Origin: a virus
DNA length: 64,000 nt
IMG/VR virus record: IMGVR_UViG_3300022871_000011
Coordinates: 13,274-77,273 of that record
Strand: one strand, 5' to 3'
In this document: positions 8,726-19,145 of the stretch, one piece after another
Layout: each line of letters begins with the position of its first letter
Position numbering within the stretch: the first letter of the stretch is position 1
Made by a program: the position numbers and the translations under genes
The notes under the pieces: model-generated
Told to the model about the DNA's origin: nothing
What the model saw: only the letters and a program-made list of their open reading frames with translations
Databases searched by the model: none

Positions 8726-8921
8726 GGTCCTGTAGCTGATATTGGGTTAGCGGCTGGGTGTTGCCTTTGTCATAAGGCACCAGTGTCAGATCGGCAAGAA
8801 ACATAGCCAACCGGTTGGTTATACGAAAAGCCTATCGGCCAAAATTTATGCAGGAAGCGCAGGAACAGTGCGGAATGTGTAATGGGCGTATAAGGAGGTT
8901 CGATTCCTTCTGGGATCACCA
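8726..8921 (+). tRNA. atypical 196-nt tRNA-like gene (possibly Asp-derived, GTC in loop) with an extended anticodon arm and ~105-nt variable region
   Basis: GGTCCTG/TGGGATC-A-CCA; D arm GCT..AGC; GCTGG..TGCCTT-TGTCAT-AAGGCA-CCAGT; T arm GGAGG-TTCGATT-CCTTC. Confidence 0.6.
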
Positions 8922-8926
8922 GTTTT

Positions 8927-9183
8927 TGAGTAGAGCGGGTGACATCCGCGAGTCGTGGTTACTACAGCCCCCTACATCCCGATTGAGCGGCCCAAAAAAA
9001 TATCGGAAGACGGCCGAGGCGCTCAGGGGTGATAAATAAAGGAAGAAGGTGGAGGGATCTATGGCCTATGTAACGGGTTTAATAGCGTTTGCATAGATCG
9101 TCATGAAGCCAAGGCCTATGGAGGGGTTACAAACCTCCGGCCGCTGCCGTAGTTCGAGAAGCCACTTTAACCCGCTCTGCTCA
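8927..9183 (+). ncRNA. unknown ~257-nt structured RNA
   Basis: 14-bp closing stem TGAGTAGAGCGGGT/ACCCGCTCTGCTCA plus several internal hairpins; follows the two tRNA-like genes. Confidence 0.6.
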
Positions 9184-9202
9184 TTTTTAACAAAGGAGAT
9201 AC

Positions 9203-9562
9203 ATGTACAAAGTAATGCATTATAAACACCCAGACGAAGCCAAACTCATACAGCGTATGTTTGTTTGGAAGGGGTATGGGTGCCCTATGAACGAAGACGG
9301 GGTAATGGTCCGCCGCGATACAAACGGCAAGGATGCAGCACTCCTCTACAAGCACAGAACAGTTGTGGCTGTAGGCTTCTTCGAGTCAGTTGAATATTTA
9401 AAGAAGATCGAAGGACTGAGTGATGAGGTACAAAGTATACCGGTGAGACCTGCAAGGGTACCACCTAAACCTCGGCCAAAGCCAGAGGTCAGTCCCATTA
9501 CAAAGGTCGACAAGCCCGCCGATCCTTTTGATGTTAACAAACTAAACGGGCCAGGATTTTAA
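9203..9562 (+). CDS. hypothetical protein with Pro-rich tail
   Basis: AGGAG RBS. Confidence 0.65.
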   Translation: MYKVMHYKHPDEAKLIQRMFVWKGYGCPMNEDGVMVRRDTNGKDAALLYKHRTVVAVGFFESVEYLKKIEGLSDEVQSIPVRPARVPPKPRPKPEVSPITKVDKPADPFDVNKLNGPGF

Positions 9563-9571
9563 GGAGGATGT

Positions 9572-9826
9572 ATACCAGAATCAAAATCAACGGACAAATT
9601 AAGAATACTCACAGGTTATACAGAAGAATTAACCGACGCCATAATAGCGACAGGTCTTGAGAGCATTAACAGGGTGATTGAATCAATTGAAATCACCTGG
9701 GAGTCTGTCACTATCTGTGGTGCTGACAGTATGCCCTGCCCGGGTCTTAAGATTGTATTTAGAGACGGCAATGTAACAGAGAAAACCGTAAGAGACGAAA
9801 AGGAGAACTTTGCAGAAATAACATGA
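9572..9826 (+). CDS. hypothetical protein with a probable ATA start (not in the ORF track)
   Basis: AAGGAGG followed by an 84-codon open frame ending in an ATGA overlap with sbcD. Confidence 0.45.
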   Translation: MPESKSTDKLRILTGYTEELTDAIIATGLESINRVIESIEITWESVTICGADSMPCPGLKIVFRDGNVTEKTVRDEKENFAEIT

Positions 9827-10875
9827 TAATATTTGCAGCAGACATACACCTGACACCTAGAGCCTGGACTAACCGCTGGTCTATAGAGGGCGATGCCTTC
9901 TATGCACTCCAGCAGATCCAGGACTATGTGAAAGGTAAGAAATGCTCAGGCATAGTACTGGGCGGAGACACAACAGACAGCAACACACCGGATGCAGCAA
10001 CACTGTACCACCTGTCTGAGTTTATGCACAAGATGACGGTCATGGGTATACCTGTGTACTTCATCAACGGGCAGCATGACAGAGGCGCTTATGGTCACTC
10101 CATTCTGGAAACCTATGGCGCCAAACATATTGACCAGGAGATTATTCAACTGGAAGGTAAAACATATTATGGCCTGTCATACAGGTCTCGTTCAGATCTA
10201 CTTACTGCACTTGCTGATGTCCCGGAATGTGATTTCCTGGTAATGCACTGTGCGTTTAAACACCTGTTAAGCTTCGAAGGAGCATGGCAGCTGGAGCCTT
10301 CAGACATCCCTGAATACGTATCAAATGTATTGGTTGGAGACATCCATGTACAGGACGTATCAGCGTTTGATAAGCTCAAGATATACAGCCCTGGTTCTAC
10401 TTATGCCTGCAACTCGGCAGAGATAAAACAGAAGCATGGGTTTTACACTATCGATAAGACAGATATTAAACATCATCTATTAAAGACTCGGACGTTTACT
10501 ACACTCTCTGTGGAGGACACATCTCGAGACGAAGTCATGAAAGAACTGGAAGCTATTAATAAGAAAGCTGTTAAGGCAGCATTGCCTCCTGTAGTCTTTG
10601 TGAAAATGACGAAAGATGACACTTTAGCGTTTGACAAATTCGATAAGATCGTTATTGTAAGAATAGACGCAGCATTGGAACTTGTTGATGTGTCAGATCT
10701 ACAGATAGACGCTGTCAAAAGCCTCAATCTGAAAGCTTCCTTACCTGCTGCAGTGGACCGCAAGAAAGATCCAGAACTTTATGATTTCTTAGAAGGGCTA
10801 CTCGACTCTGCTTCGGCGGGGGAGTATATCTCTGACTGGGTTACTAAAGAGGGTGTTAAGCTTGTGGAGAAATAG
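9823..10875 (+). CDS. sbcD: SbcD/Mre11-like nuclease
   Basis: DIH, GGD, GQHD, GDIH and YSPGS metallophosphoesterase motifs; SbcC nearby. Confidence 0.88.
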   Translation: MIIFAADIHLTPRAWTNRWSIEGDAFYALQQIQDYVKGKKCSGIVLGGDTTDSNTPDAATLYHLSEFMHKMTVMGIPVYFINGQHDRGAYGHSILETYGAKHIDQEIIQLEGKTYYGLSYRSRSDLLTALADVPECDFLVMHCAFKHLLSFEGAWQLEPSDIPEYVSNVLVGDIHVQDVSAFDKLKIYSPGSTYACNSAEIKQKHGFYTIDKTDIKHHLLKTRTFTTLSVEDTSRDEVMKELEAINKKAVKAALPPVVFVKMTKDDTLAFDKFDKIVIVRIDAALELVDVSDLQIDAVKSLNLKASLPAAVDRKKDPELYDFLEGLLDSASAGEYISDWVTKEGVKLVEK

Positions 10876-10890
10876 TCTAACGCGTTAGAC
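10875..10890. repeat. 16-bp palindrome GTCTAACGCGTTAGAC, copy 1
   Basis: Perfect palindrome; recurs at 41928 and 60557. Confidence 0.8.
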
Positions 10891-10914
10891 AAAATAAATA
10901 AAAGGAGATATAAG

Positions 10915-11505
10915 ATGATAAACACACCCATACCGATGGTCGTAGAGAACTCAGAACAGGGTCCTAGAGGGTGGGATATCTTTTCCCGTCTGATGAAAGA
11001 CAGAGTTATAATGCTTTCAACACCCATCGACGATATGGTATCGAATGTCATAGTAGCACAATTACTGTACTTGCAATCTGAGGACCCTTCTGCGGATATC
11101 GATATGTATATCAATAGTCCGGGCGGAACAGTCTCAGCAGGTATGGCCATTTATGATACTATGCAGATCCTTGGTTGTGATATTAAGACATACGGTATAG
11201 GCCAGGCCGCGAGCATGGGAGCACTGCTCCTAGCAGCTGGTGCACCCGGTAAACGTTTTGTCATGCCTAATGCACGTGTTATGATTCATCAGCCCCTCGG
11301 CGGAGCTGCAGGACAAGCCACTGATATTGAAATCCATACGAAGGAAATTCTTAGAATTAAGGATGACCTGAATAAGATTATGGTGAAGCATACCGGCCAG
11401 ACTATGAAGAAGGTAAAGCATGATTCGGATCGTGACTTCTTTATGTCCGCGGAGGAAGCCAAGAAGTATGGCATTGTGGATGAGGTCCTAACTAATCTAA
11501 AATAG
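10915..11505 (+). CDS. clpP: ATP-dependent Clp protease proteolytic subunit
   Basis: DIFSRL, YINSPGG, GQAASMG, MIHQP and DRD motifs; catalytic triad intact. Confidence 0.97.
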   Translation: MINTPIPMVVENSEQGPRGWDIFSRLMKDRVIMLSTPIDDMVSNVIVAQLLYLQSEDPSADIDMYINSPGGTVSAGMAIYDTMQILGCDIKTYGIGQAASMGALLLAAGAPGKRFVMPNARVMIHQPLGGAAGQATDIEIHTKEILRIKDDLNKIMVKHTGQTMKKVKHDSDRDFFMSAEEAKKYGIVDEVLTNLK

Positions 11506-11513
11506 GAGGAGCT

Positions 11514-12230
11514 ATGTTGCTCAATTCAAAAAGAGAAACTGTATCGTCTTGCACTAACTACGGAGATTCTAACTGTCCTCTATGCGATGACAAGTTATCC
11601 GCTAAGGTATGCAAGGACAGGGTTAGTCACTGGGCTCACTATCCATGTGCACATGATAAGAACCCTGATGGGCAGATAGAGAAGCCTAAGTGCATGCACT
11701 TTGAATCAGAATGGCATCTGCGTATGAAGCTTGCTTACATGACGTTTAATGGATGGGACATTGAAGTGCCTATCAAGATGAACGGCGTGAAGTATCTAGT
11801 AGACGCAGTGAACCTTAAGACTAAGGTAGCACGTGAGTTTGTACATACGTTAAACCCACAGCTGATAGAGAAGCATAAAACGCTTAAAGAGAAACGTCCG
11901 GACAATGTGATGTGGATATACGATGGCGAGATGTTTGCCAGTGCATACCGCAGACGGAAGTTCTCTGATAAAGGTACATACTTTCAGAAGATGTTAAAAC
12001 CAACAGCACGACGTCTCTATGCCGTAACAGGCGGCCTTATCCATTTTGATGGCAAGATGTATAAGAAGGGTTCGTTTGGTGATTGCTGGTTTGAACAGAC
12101 TGGTAGGGCTACACGGGAGATCCTTAAAAGGTATGAAGCTATCGACTTTACTAATGTCGAGAACAACCCGGAAGTAATACGTGACTTGGTATCCGACGAG
12201 GCTATCAAGCAATTTGTTAAAAAACTATGA
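11514..12230 (+). CDS. CoiA-like Zn-finger/PD-(D/E)xK nuclease
   Basis: CPLC...HWAH...C..ESEWH...EV...DAV...EF pattern. Confidence 0.65.
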   Translation: MLLNSKRETVSSCTNYGDSNCPLCDDKLSAKVCKDRVSHWAHYPCAHDKNPDGQIEKPKCMHFESEWHLRMKLAYMTFNGWDIEVPIKMNGVKYLVDAVNLKTKVAREFVHTLNPQLIEKHKTLKEKRPDNVMWIYDGEMFASAYRRRKFSDKGTYFQKMLKPTARRLYAVTGGLIHFDGKMYKKGSFGDCWFEQTGRATREILKRYEAIDFTNVENNPEVIRDLVSDEAIKQFVKKL

Positions 12231-12237
12231 GGTAAAG

Positions 12238-12618
12238 ATGGAAAAGAGATTAACACACTTGAAGCTCAGGAGAGCAATCAAGAACAATAAGAAACTTATT
12301 ATGACTGGTATATACCAGCCGGGTACACTCCATAAGAATATGAGTGACGAGGCTTATCATGAATCCAGGGCTGCCATGTATGACATGTACCCGGAGGCTA
12401 AGTCTATCTTCAAGTTTGTGGCAGATATGACGGAGCGTAAGACATATAATCCTACGTATCCTTTGAGTGTTCTTAAGCACTTGATCGAAGAGAAATGCGG
12501 TGAGGAACTGGTAGACGGAGTTGTGATTGCTACTATGCTAGCGCGTGGTTTCAAATGCAACCTTGACATCAGGGACCCACTGTTCAACGTAAGCAGCGCA
12601 TCACCAGCCCTACAATAG
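12238..12618 (+). CDS. hypothetical protein (LKHLIE...G..IATMLARGF...FNVS family)
   Basis: GAGG RBS; motif recalled from phage proteins. Confidence 0.6.
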   Translation: MEKRLTHLKLRRAIKNNKKLIMTGIYQPGTLHKNMSDEAYHESRAAMYDMYPEAKSIFKFVADMTERKTYNPTYPLSVLKHLIEEKCGEELVDGVVIATMLARGFKCNLDIRDPLFNVSSASPALQ

Positions 12619-12651
12619 GGTTGGCGCTTTGCGTCTTAACAGGAGGCTTGA

Positions 12652-14694
12652 ATGCTGAAAATAAATCGTATTGTTATTGAGAACTTTTGCCAACATGAGA
12701 AGGTTGACTTATCTTTAAATGCTGGTATAGTATCATTAACAGGTGTGAATGGCGCCGGTAAGAGCAATCTTATCCGAGCACTATTCTACGGACTCACAGG
12801 CGAGGTCCTGGGGTCTGACAAGCGCGAGGATCTATTGCGCTGGGGCTCTTGTGAAGGGTCCGTTACACTATACGTCACCGATGGTGAACACGATTTTAAT
12901 ATCATCAGAACTATACACAATGGAAAACATAAACTAAATTCAACTAAATACGGCAAGCTCAGTAAGAAATCAGAAGTAAATGAGTTAATTTCTTCCCTCA
13001 TCGGACTCGATGTTAAGCTTCTCGGACAGGTAGTATTCGTACCACAAGGTAAACTTGATGATCTGCTCAAAACAGAACATAGTGATCGCGTACGTACCTT
13101 CAATAGATTGTTTGGATTAGATGCTGCAGAGAAACACCGCGATGTATTGCAGGCGTTTAAAGGCAAGATCATCAACTATCCAGACAGAGAAGCAGAGGTC
13201 AAAGAAGATGTGGAGAAAGTAGCTGAATGCAAAGAACTACTAGATCACGTGAAAAAAGAACAAACAGAGATTAGTGAGATCATGGAAGGTCTCGAGACAC
13301 AGCGCCCGCTCTTCGAGAGTGCATTGCTTGCACCCTCCTATGAAGAAGTCCATAAACTCTTGGACGAGAAGACGGAAGCACACAGGCTATTGGATGTACA
13401 GTTAGGTGAAAAACAAATCGAACTGGAAACCATGCCTGAACAAGCTGTCCAAATCTCTGAAGAAGAGACTCGCAGAGCCCATGCGGCTACTAACCTTAAT
13501 ATCCTGCACGAACAATGTGTAGCTGTACATGATTCCCTCGAAGCCTTCGACAGACAGGTTCCAAAGTTGGAGCCTCGCGTACACACGGAAGACCAGATAA
13601 AACAGACCCAGGACAGGCTGACTGATTTTCAGAAGAAGTACGACTTAGCGAAGGAAGGCAAGTGCCAGGAATGTGAACAGCCCTACATAATGACTCCGGA
13701 GGATATCCAGACTCTTACAGGCCTACTGAATAACACTAAGGATGAGTATAGGAAACTCACTGATGTAGAATCACAGTACAAGGCTACAGAGGCTAGGTAT
13801 ACCCTAGAGTATGAGGCATGGGCAGAAGGACAGCGTCATGTGATGGCTGAGAAGGAGGCCCTTGAGAAGCAGTACGAGGATGCACAGGAATTGGCTAAGG
13901 GCTTTGATCTAGAAGCATATAATGAGAAACGCAACCAACTTGATGAATATCATAAATTCGCTATGGTCAGACAACAGCTCCAAGCTGATATAATGGCTAT
14001 TAAACCAGCGATGGGCAAGGTGGTTGCAGAAATAGAGATGGCAGCACAGCAGCAGGAGGCTGCAGTTACTGTTGAGATTAAGAAGCGAGCTGAGGACGTG
14101 CTCACTAAGATGAACGTCTTCTCAGAGCGCAGGACAGCACTCGAGTTGCAGGAAGCATCACTGAACACAGCCCTTATTATGAGTCAGGATCGTCTGACTA
14201 AGGCTCAAGCAGAGAATGCAGCACACGAGAGTAACACGAAGGCTACAATACTATTCGAAAGGGCTAGAGAAGTACTACACCCTGACATGCTGCCTAAGAT
14301 GACAGCTAGACAGGCTATCGGGTGCTTTAATAAGCTTATCGGTAAGTATCTTGCCTTATTCCATACACCGTTCACACTTAAGTTGAACAATGATATGGAC
14401 TTTAGATGTGGGTTCTCCGGTAAGGAAGACGCATCTATCACAGCCTTGTCAGGGGGTCAGCGAGTAGTCGCAGCACTGACAACACGTTTCGCACTTATGG
14501 AGATGTTAACATATGGTTGTGGCTTACTTGTACTAGATGAACCTACCGCATATCTGGACACTGATAATATCCGTGCCCTCTTAGATGTGCTTAAAGAAGC
14601 GAGCGCACATGTAGAGTCACATGGAATAACTGTGATTGTACCTACCCACGAAGAGGTAGTAGCGACAGCTTGTACGGAGGCGATTACTGTATGA
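12652..14694 (+). CDS. sbcC: SbcC/Rad50-like SMC ATPase
   Basis: GVNGAGKS Walker A, coiled coil with CQEC hook, LSGGQ signature, LDEPT Walker B. Confidence 0.93.
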   Translation: MLKINRIVIENFCQHEKVDLSLNAGIVSLTGVNGAGKSNLIRALFYGLTGEVLGSDKREDLLRWGSCEGSVTLYVTDGEHDFNIIRTIHNGKHKLNSTKYGKLSKKSEVNELISSLIGLDVKLLGQVVFVPQGKLDDLLKTEHSDRVRTFNRLFGLDAAEKHRDVLQAFKGKIINYPDREAEVKEDVEKVAECKELLDHVKKEQTEISEIMEGLETQRPLFESALLAPSYEEVHKLLDEKTEAHRLLDVQLGEKQIELETMPEQAVQISEEETRRAHAATNLNILHEQCVAVHDSLEAFDRQVPKLEPRVHTEDQIKQTQDRLTDFQKKYDLAKEGKCQECEQPYIMTPEDIQTLTGLLNNTKDEYRKLTDVESQYKATEARYTLEYEAWAEGQRHVMAEKEALEKQYEDAQELAKGFDLEAYNEKRNQLDEYHKFAMVRQQLQADIMAIKPAMGKVVAEIEMAAQQQEAAVTVEIKKRAEDVLTKMNVFSERRTALELQEASLNTALIMSQDRLTKAQAENAAHESNTKATILFERAREVLHPDMLPKMTARQAIGCFNKLIGKYLALFHTPFTLKLNNDMDFRCGFSGKEDASITALSGGQRVVAALTTRFALMEMLTYGCGLLVLDEPTAYLDTDNIRALLDVLKEASAHVESHGITVIVPTHEEVVATACTEAITV

Positions 14695-17198
14695 GTCACT
14701 ACACATTAAAACGTAACGGAGCACTTTACTCAATATCACCATGGGATCCTTTGCTGGGTCCATTGATGACCTATACGCTCCGTGAATTTGAATTCGCTGC
14801 ACACAAGGCGAAACCAACATTCACTGAAGAAGAATTATATAGCGTACAACCAGATGGACAGACAGCAGTCTTCCCCTCAGGCCTCTATCAGCGGGTAGTT
14901 AAAAACCTAAAGAAGAGAGGACATACGTATGAAGTAGAAGATTACAGGGACTTGGCAGCTCTTATGCCGGCTCCTGATTTCACAAAAGTAGACGAACTAC
15001 GCAGAGGGCAGGATAAGATCCTCCTTGCAGTGGCCGGACAAGATGGTGGTCTTTTGGTAGGCGGTACAGGACTTGGTAAATCATTTTTGATAGTCCAGAT
15101 CTGTAAAATGTATCCCGATCTGAAGATCGTTGTAGTGTCCCCACGTAAACCTGTCGTAGAAACGCTTTACGAGGGCCTTACAGAAGCTTTAGGCTTCGTA
15201 GCGGTCGGACAGGTAGGTGGAGGCAAGGTGCAGACAGACAGGCGCGTAACGGTCTCTACGGTGAAATCTATATTAAAGGCCCCTATACAGGATTGTGACC
15301 TACTCTTATTTGATGAGGTACATGCTGTAGGGCGAAACCAAATAGGCGACAAACTGGCCTATGTAGCGAAGGGTAGAAAGTTTGGATTTACTGCAACCCC
15401 GGAAGGACGTGGTGACAACGCAGAGCTGGTCATTGAAGCTTTATTCGGACCAATACTCGTTGACATACCGTATGAGGATGCTATAAAGGATGGACTGGTA
15501 ACACCTATTGAGGTGCATAAGTATCCAGTAAGGTCCTCGGCTGCCTTTAATACCGACGGTGCAATTGTAACTAAAAAACGTCATGGATATTGGCGCAATA
15601 CATCTAGAAATGAGACGATGGCTGCTGTAGCTCGCATGTACCCTGAAGATGAACAGGTACTTATTATGGTCGAGACACTAGAGCATGCTATCTATTTACA
15701 TAAGTTATTACCCGAGTTCTCAGTTGTACACTGTGGCGGGGCTAATAAAAAGACAACTATAGGAGGAGTATCCACTGGTAAATATCGTATGGACGATAAA
15801 CGCCTTGGGTACTTACGACGACAGTTCTCTAAAGGAGAGCTAAAAAAGGTGATTTCGACAACCACCTGGCGGGAAGGGGTAATTTTGAATTTGCTCCGTA
15901 TATTGGAAACAATATATGATAATGCTTTTAATTGCTGGAAACTCTTGCTCAGCACAGGGTGCACCAAGACAATCAGCAGCGAAGTTTTAGTTTGATAGAT
16001 TGACAAGAACCACAACATGGAGTATGTTATTAATAACGACAAGAAATAACAACCATGGAGATAGTATGAAATTTACACATGAGATCGGAGATATTATAAG
16101 AGACCACGAGATACTCGCAGTAGTGCCTAATAAGCGTTATGCTTATTCAAAACAAAAAGGCAAAACGGTAGGTATAAATGACCCGAGAGTCTCTCTAAGG
16201 TGCAGCTGCTGCGGATATGAAAAAACCGTACACGGCACAAGACTTAAATATATCAGCTGTGATCATGGGCCCTGCCACCCACGTTTTGTGGACATAGCAG
16301 GCCACCGCTTTGGTAAGTTAGTTGCCCTCGAGTATGTAAATACAGAGGAGGACAAGAACCGGCAGTGGAAGTGGCTTTGTAAGTGTGACTGCGGTGCTAC
16401 TGAGATAATCTCCAGAGGATCCCTTATGGCAACTAAGAAGAGTTGCAGGAACTGTATGTATGGCAGAGTAGGGGACCATAATAGATTACCAAAGGAGCAG
16501 GCAGCATGGAATAGATTAGAAAGAGAGTATATAAGAAATGCAGGCAATAGAGGATATGCTTGGGAATTAACGACAACTCACTTTCGTATTTTATGCGAAG
16601 CGTCATGCTATTACTGTGGAACCCCTCCTCTTCTGAGAGAGCATAGAAATATGATTTGTAACGGAATAGATCGATTGGATAATACCAAAGGGTATACCAT
16701 TGATAATTCTGTGCCTTGTTGTAAGATATGTAACCTGATGAAGAGGGACTATACTAAGGATGGTTTTATTAGCCACCTCTTTAAAATAGTGCAATATCAA
16801 ACTAAAGAACGTTCATCGACTATCCCGGAAGGGAGTACACCTAAGCAGGTGGAAATGGAGCAAACCCTAGCAGGTAATGCTGAGGGTTAAGATATAGTCA
16901 GATCTCATGGGTGACCATGAGCAGCACCTAGAGGTGCGGATTAAGCCTAGCGAGCTTGGTTGAACATAAATGAGATTTCCCGAATTTAGCCGTTTTAATA
17001 AGGGCCGACGGTATGACCAGCCCAATCGCCAGCAATCAGATCCCGGGTAGACTGTCGCGTTTAGCAGATGGTAAAACCTGTGGGATACTAGTTGACATGG
17101 GAGATGAGTTCTCTACGTGGTCCGAACGAAGGGCTAAGGAGAGACACGCCATCTATCGTAAGACAGGCTGGAGAGTTGTTAACAAGGAGCTAACTTGA
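14691..17198 (+). CDS. superfamily 2 (UvsW-like) DNA helicase; exons 14691-15880 and 16973-17198
   Basis: GTGLGKS, DEVH, TAT; splicing restores EGV-DFPNL and motif VI QIPGRLSR. Confidence 0.88.
15881..16972 (+). mobile_element. group I intron in the helicase gene
   Basis: Exon ends in U with P1 GGGGU/GCUCC; AATTGCTGGAAAC, AATCAGCAG, CGACTA and AAGATATAGTC core elements; terminal G; in-frame exon join. Confidence 0.9.
16066..16890 (+). CDS. intron-encoded HNH-type homing endonuclease
   Basis: CYYCG...GIDRLDNTKGY...NSVPCCKICN; GHRFGKL...WLCKCDCG domain; internal promoter TTGACA-N17-TATGTT at 16000-16028. Confidence 0.85.
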   Translation: MKFTHEIGDIIRDHEILAVVPNKRYAYSKQKGKTVGINDPRVSLRCSCCGYEKTVHGTRLKYISCDHGPCHPRFVDIAGHRFGKLVALEYVNTEEDKNRQWKWLCKCDCGATEIISRGSLMATKKSCRNCMYGRVGDHNRLPKEQAAWNRLEREYIRNAGNRGYAWELTTTHFRILCEASCYYCGTPPLLREHRNMICNGIDRLDNTKGYTIDNSVPCCKICNLMKRDYTKDGFISHLFKIVQYQTKERSSTIPEGSTPKQVEMEQTLAGNAEG

Positions 17199-17716
17199 AC
17201 ATAGAAGTAAGAGAAACAATAAGAGATGTGGCCAGGTTCTACTTCGGTAACGAAGCGCTGGGCTGGGATAAATCCCTTGAGGCACTAGGCAAACGTCTGG
17301 ATGCTATTCAGGTCTCTTATTATGAATACTTTGCTTATTTGATTAACAAGTATGCTGATACGGCGCGGTATAGAAACACGCGCACTAGTGAACGAATATT
17401 TGATAGATTCGCAGACTACAAGAAAGACCTGATCCGACACGCAGAACTGAATGCGTACTTGGACATAGAGAACTTTGAGGCCCACATCAATTTGAAGGAG
17501 GAACCGAAAGATATCCTCTTAGATGAGACTGTGGAACTCACACCTCTATTTAAGTACGTTATGGCTTTAACACTGGGACTCTACGGTATAGCACCGCAGT
17601 TCCAGGATAAGGCTGTGCTTCAGCTAAAGGAGAACACGGAGTACTTCCGGACGTTCGCCAAGTTTCGACATGTATTTCCTGTAAAACAGGAGGAAATCAT
17701 AAGTGACAAGACATGA
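17195..17716 (+). CDS. hypothetical protein upstream of the replicative helicase
   Basis: TTG start with AGGAG; operon position. Confidence 0.7.
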   Translation: MNIEVRETIRDVARFYFGNEALGWDKSLEALGKRLDAIQVSYYEYFAYLINKYADTARYRNTRTSERIFDRFADYKKDLIRHAELNAYLDIENFEAHINLKEEPKDILLDETVELTPLFKYVMALTLGLYGIAPQFQDKAVLQLKENTEYFRTFAKFRHVFPVKQEEIISDKT

Positions 17717-19145
17717 GAATACGTTACTACTGATGTGTCTGGCCCATCATGATAAGCTTCTCCAGGAGGCTATCACTAAGACTGGGACACACCCTCTGTT
17801 TGATAATCTTGTGGATCCTTGCTCTACTTTCATATGGACAGTATTGAGAGACTGTAGGATGGACACCAACAGTTACCCAACTAGACCATTGATAGAACTT
17901 GAAGTTAATGGCAGGCTTGACATGATGTTAGGCTTCGAAGACAGCTTTAAGGAGCAGGTACGAGATACGGTCAACAACATATATTCTATAGGCAAGGAGA
18001 ATACATCCGTGGAAATCGGACGTACGTTCCTTGAAGCAGCACTGCAGGAATTATTGACAAGTGACTGGGCGGATAAGATCCACCAGTTGGGTACCATCGA
18101 CGAGATGCGTAAGTACGTCAATGAAGTTACAGCCGATATGGCATCTCTGGCATGCGACGGACAGGCTTTGTCTAAGCCGTTGCAGAACCCGGAAGCCTAT
18201 CTAGTTAGGAAAGTACGCTCTATCTTCGGAGTGCGTGTACTGGACTTAGCGACAGGTGGAGGCCTAGCACCGGGAGAAGTCCTGGGATTGCTTGGACCCA
18301 CAGGTGGTGGTAAGACTGTGTTAGCTGTAGGAATGTTATGCGAGCGAGCCTTAAGAGGTAAGCACGTAATGTTGGCATCGTATGAGCAGAAGACCGAAGG
18401 TGATGTCATGGAAAGGATTTGTACTTACATGACTAAAGAGAATATTGATAACTTCAGAGACAAAGCCTATGCGGAACTAGACCAGGACCTAAAGGATAAG
18501 GTTGAGGAACAGAAGTCCAAGTATGGCCAGTTCGTAACAGTTCTAGACCTGGCTCAGGGTAACCGAGGTACAGGCGGAGCAGAAGAAGTGACACAATATA
18601 TCGAAGAACAGATAGAGGCTGGAGAGAAACCTACGTTGGTCATTATTGACTGGCTTGGGTCCATGATCCAGAGATATCTCGCCGAGAACGGCCTAGCAAG
18701 TGATCAATACAGACACGTTGGACATCAGTTCATTGATAAATTAAGCGGCCACGCCCGCCAACACGGCTACAGTGTGGTTATAAATCATCAGCTGCGTACG
18801 GATGCAGCCAGAAGCAGTGCTTATAGCAAACCTAAGGTTACTGATGCTTTCGAGTTCAGGGCCTTCTCATTCTTTATGGATGGGTGCTTATGCCTCGGTA
18901 CTCTGGATACAGATACTAAGGTAGGGTGGCTGTGTATGGATAAGTTCCGTCGTGGTGCAACTAATGACTTAATGGTTAGGCTGGACGGAGAGCATGTGCG
19001 CTTCGAACCCGCTACAGGATATGTAACAGACCACAGAGGTAAGTTCATTGAGGCAGAGGCAGCACCGCCTGATGTTGATGAGGAAATACAGAATAGTAAA
19101 ACAACAATAAATGAGGAGTTGCAGCAAGCATATAAAACAACATGA
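17703..19145 (+). CDS. DnaB-like replicative helicase
   Basis: GPTGGGKT, VIIDW, HQL and KFR motifs; next to primase. Confidence 0.85.
   Translation: MTRHENTLLLMCLAHHDKLLQEAITKTGTHPLFDNLVDPCSTFIWTVLRDCRMDTNSYPTRPLIELEVNGRLDMMLGFEDSFKEQVRDTVNNIYSIGKENTSVEIGRTFLEAALQELLTSDWADKIHQLGTIDEMRKYVNEVTADMASLACDGQALSKPLQNPEAYLVRKVRSIFGVRVLDLATGGGLAPGEVLGLLGPTGGGKTVLAVGMLCERALRGKHVMLASYEQKTEGDVMERICTYMTKENIDNFRDKAYAELDQDLKDKVEEQKSKYGQFVTVLDLAQGNRGTGGAEEVTQYIEEQIEAGEKPTLVIIDWLGSMIQRYLAENGLASDQYRHVGHQFIDKLSGHARQHGYSVVINHQLRTDAARSSAYSKPKVTDAFEFRAFSFFMDGCLCLGTLDTDTKVGWLCMDKFRRGATNDLMVRLDGEHVRFEPATGYVTDHRGKFIEAEAAPPDVDEEIQNSKTTINEELQQAYKTT

Noticed and set aside
9040-9150. SAM-I riboswitch
   Set aside because: Only the P2 kink-turn-like part matches; the AUC/GAU and GCAAC core elements are absent
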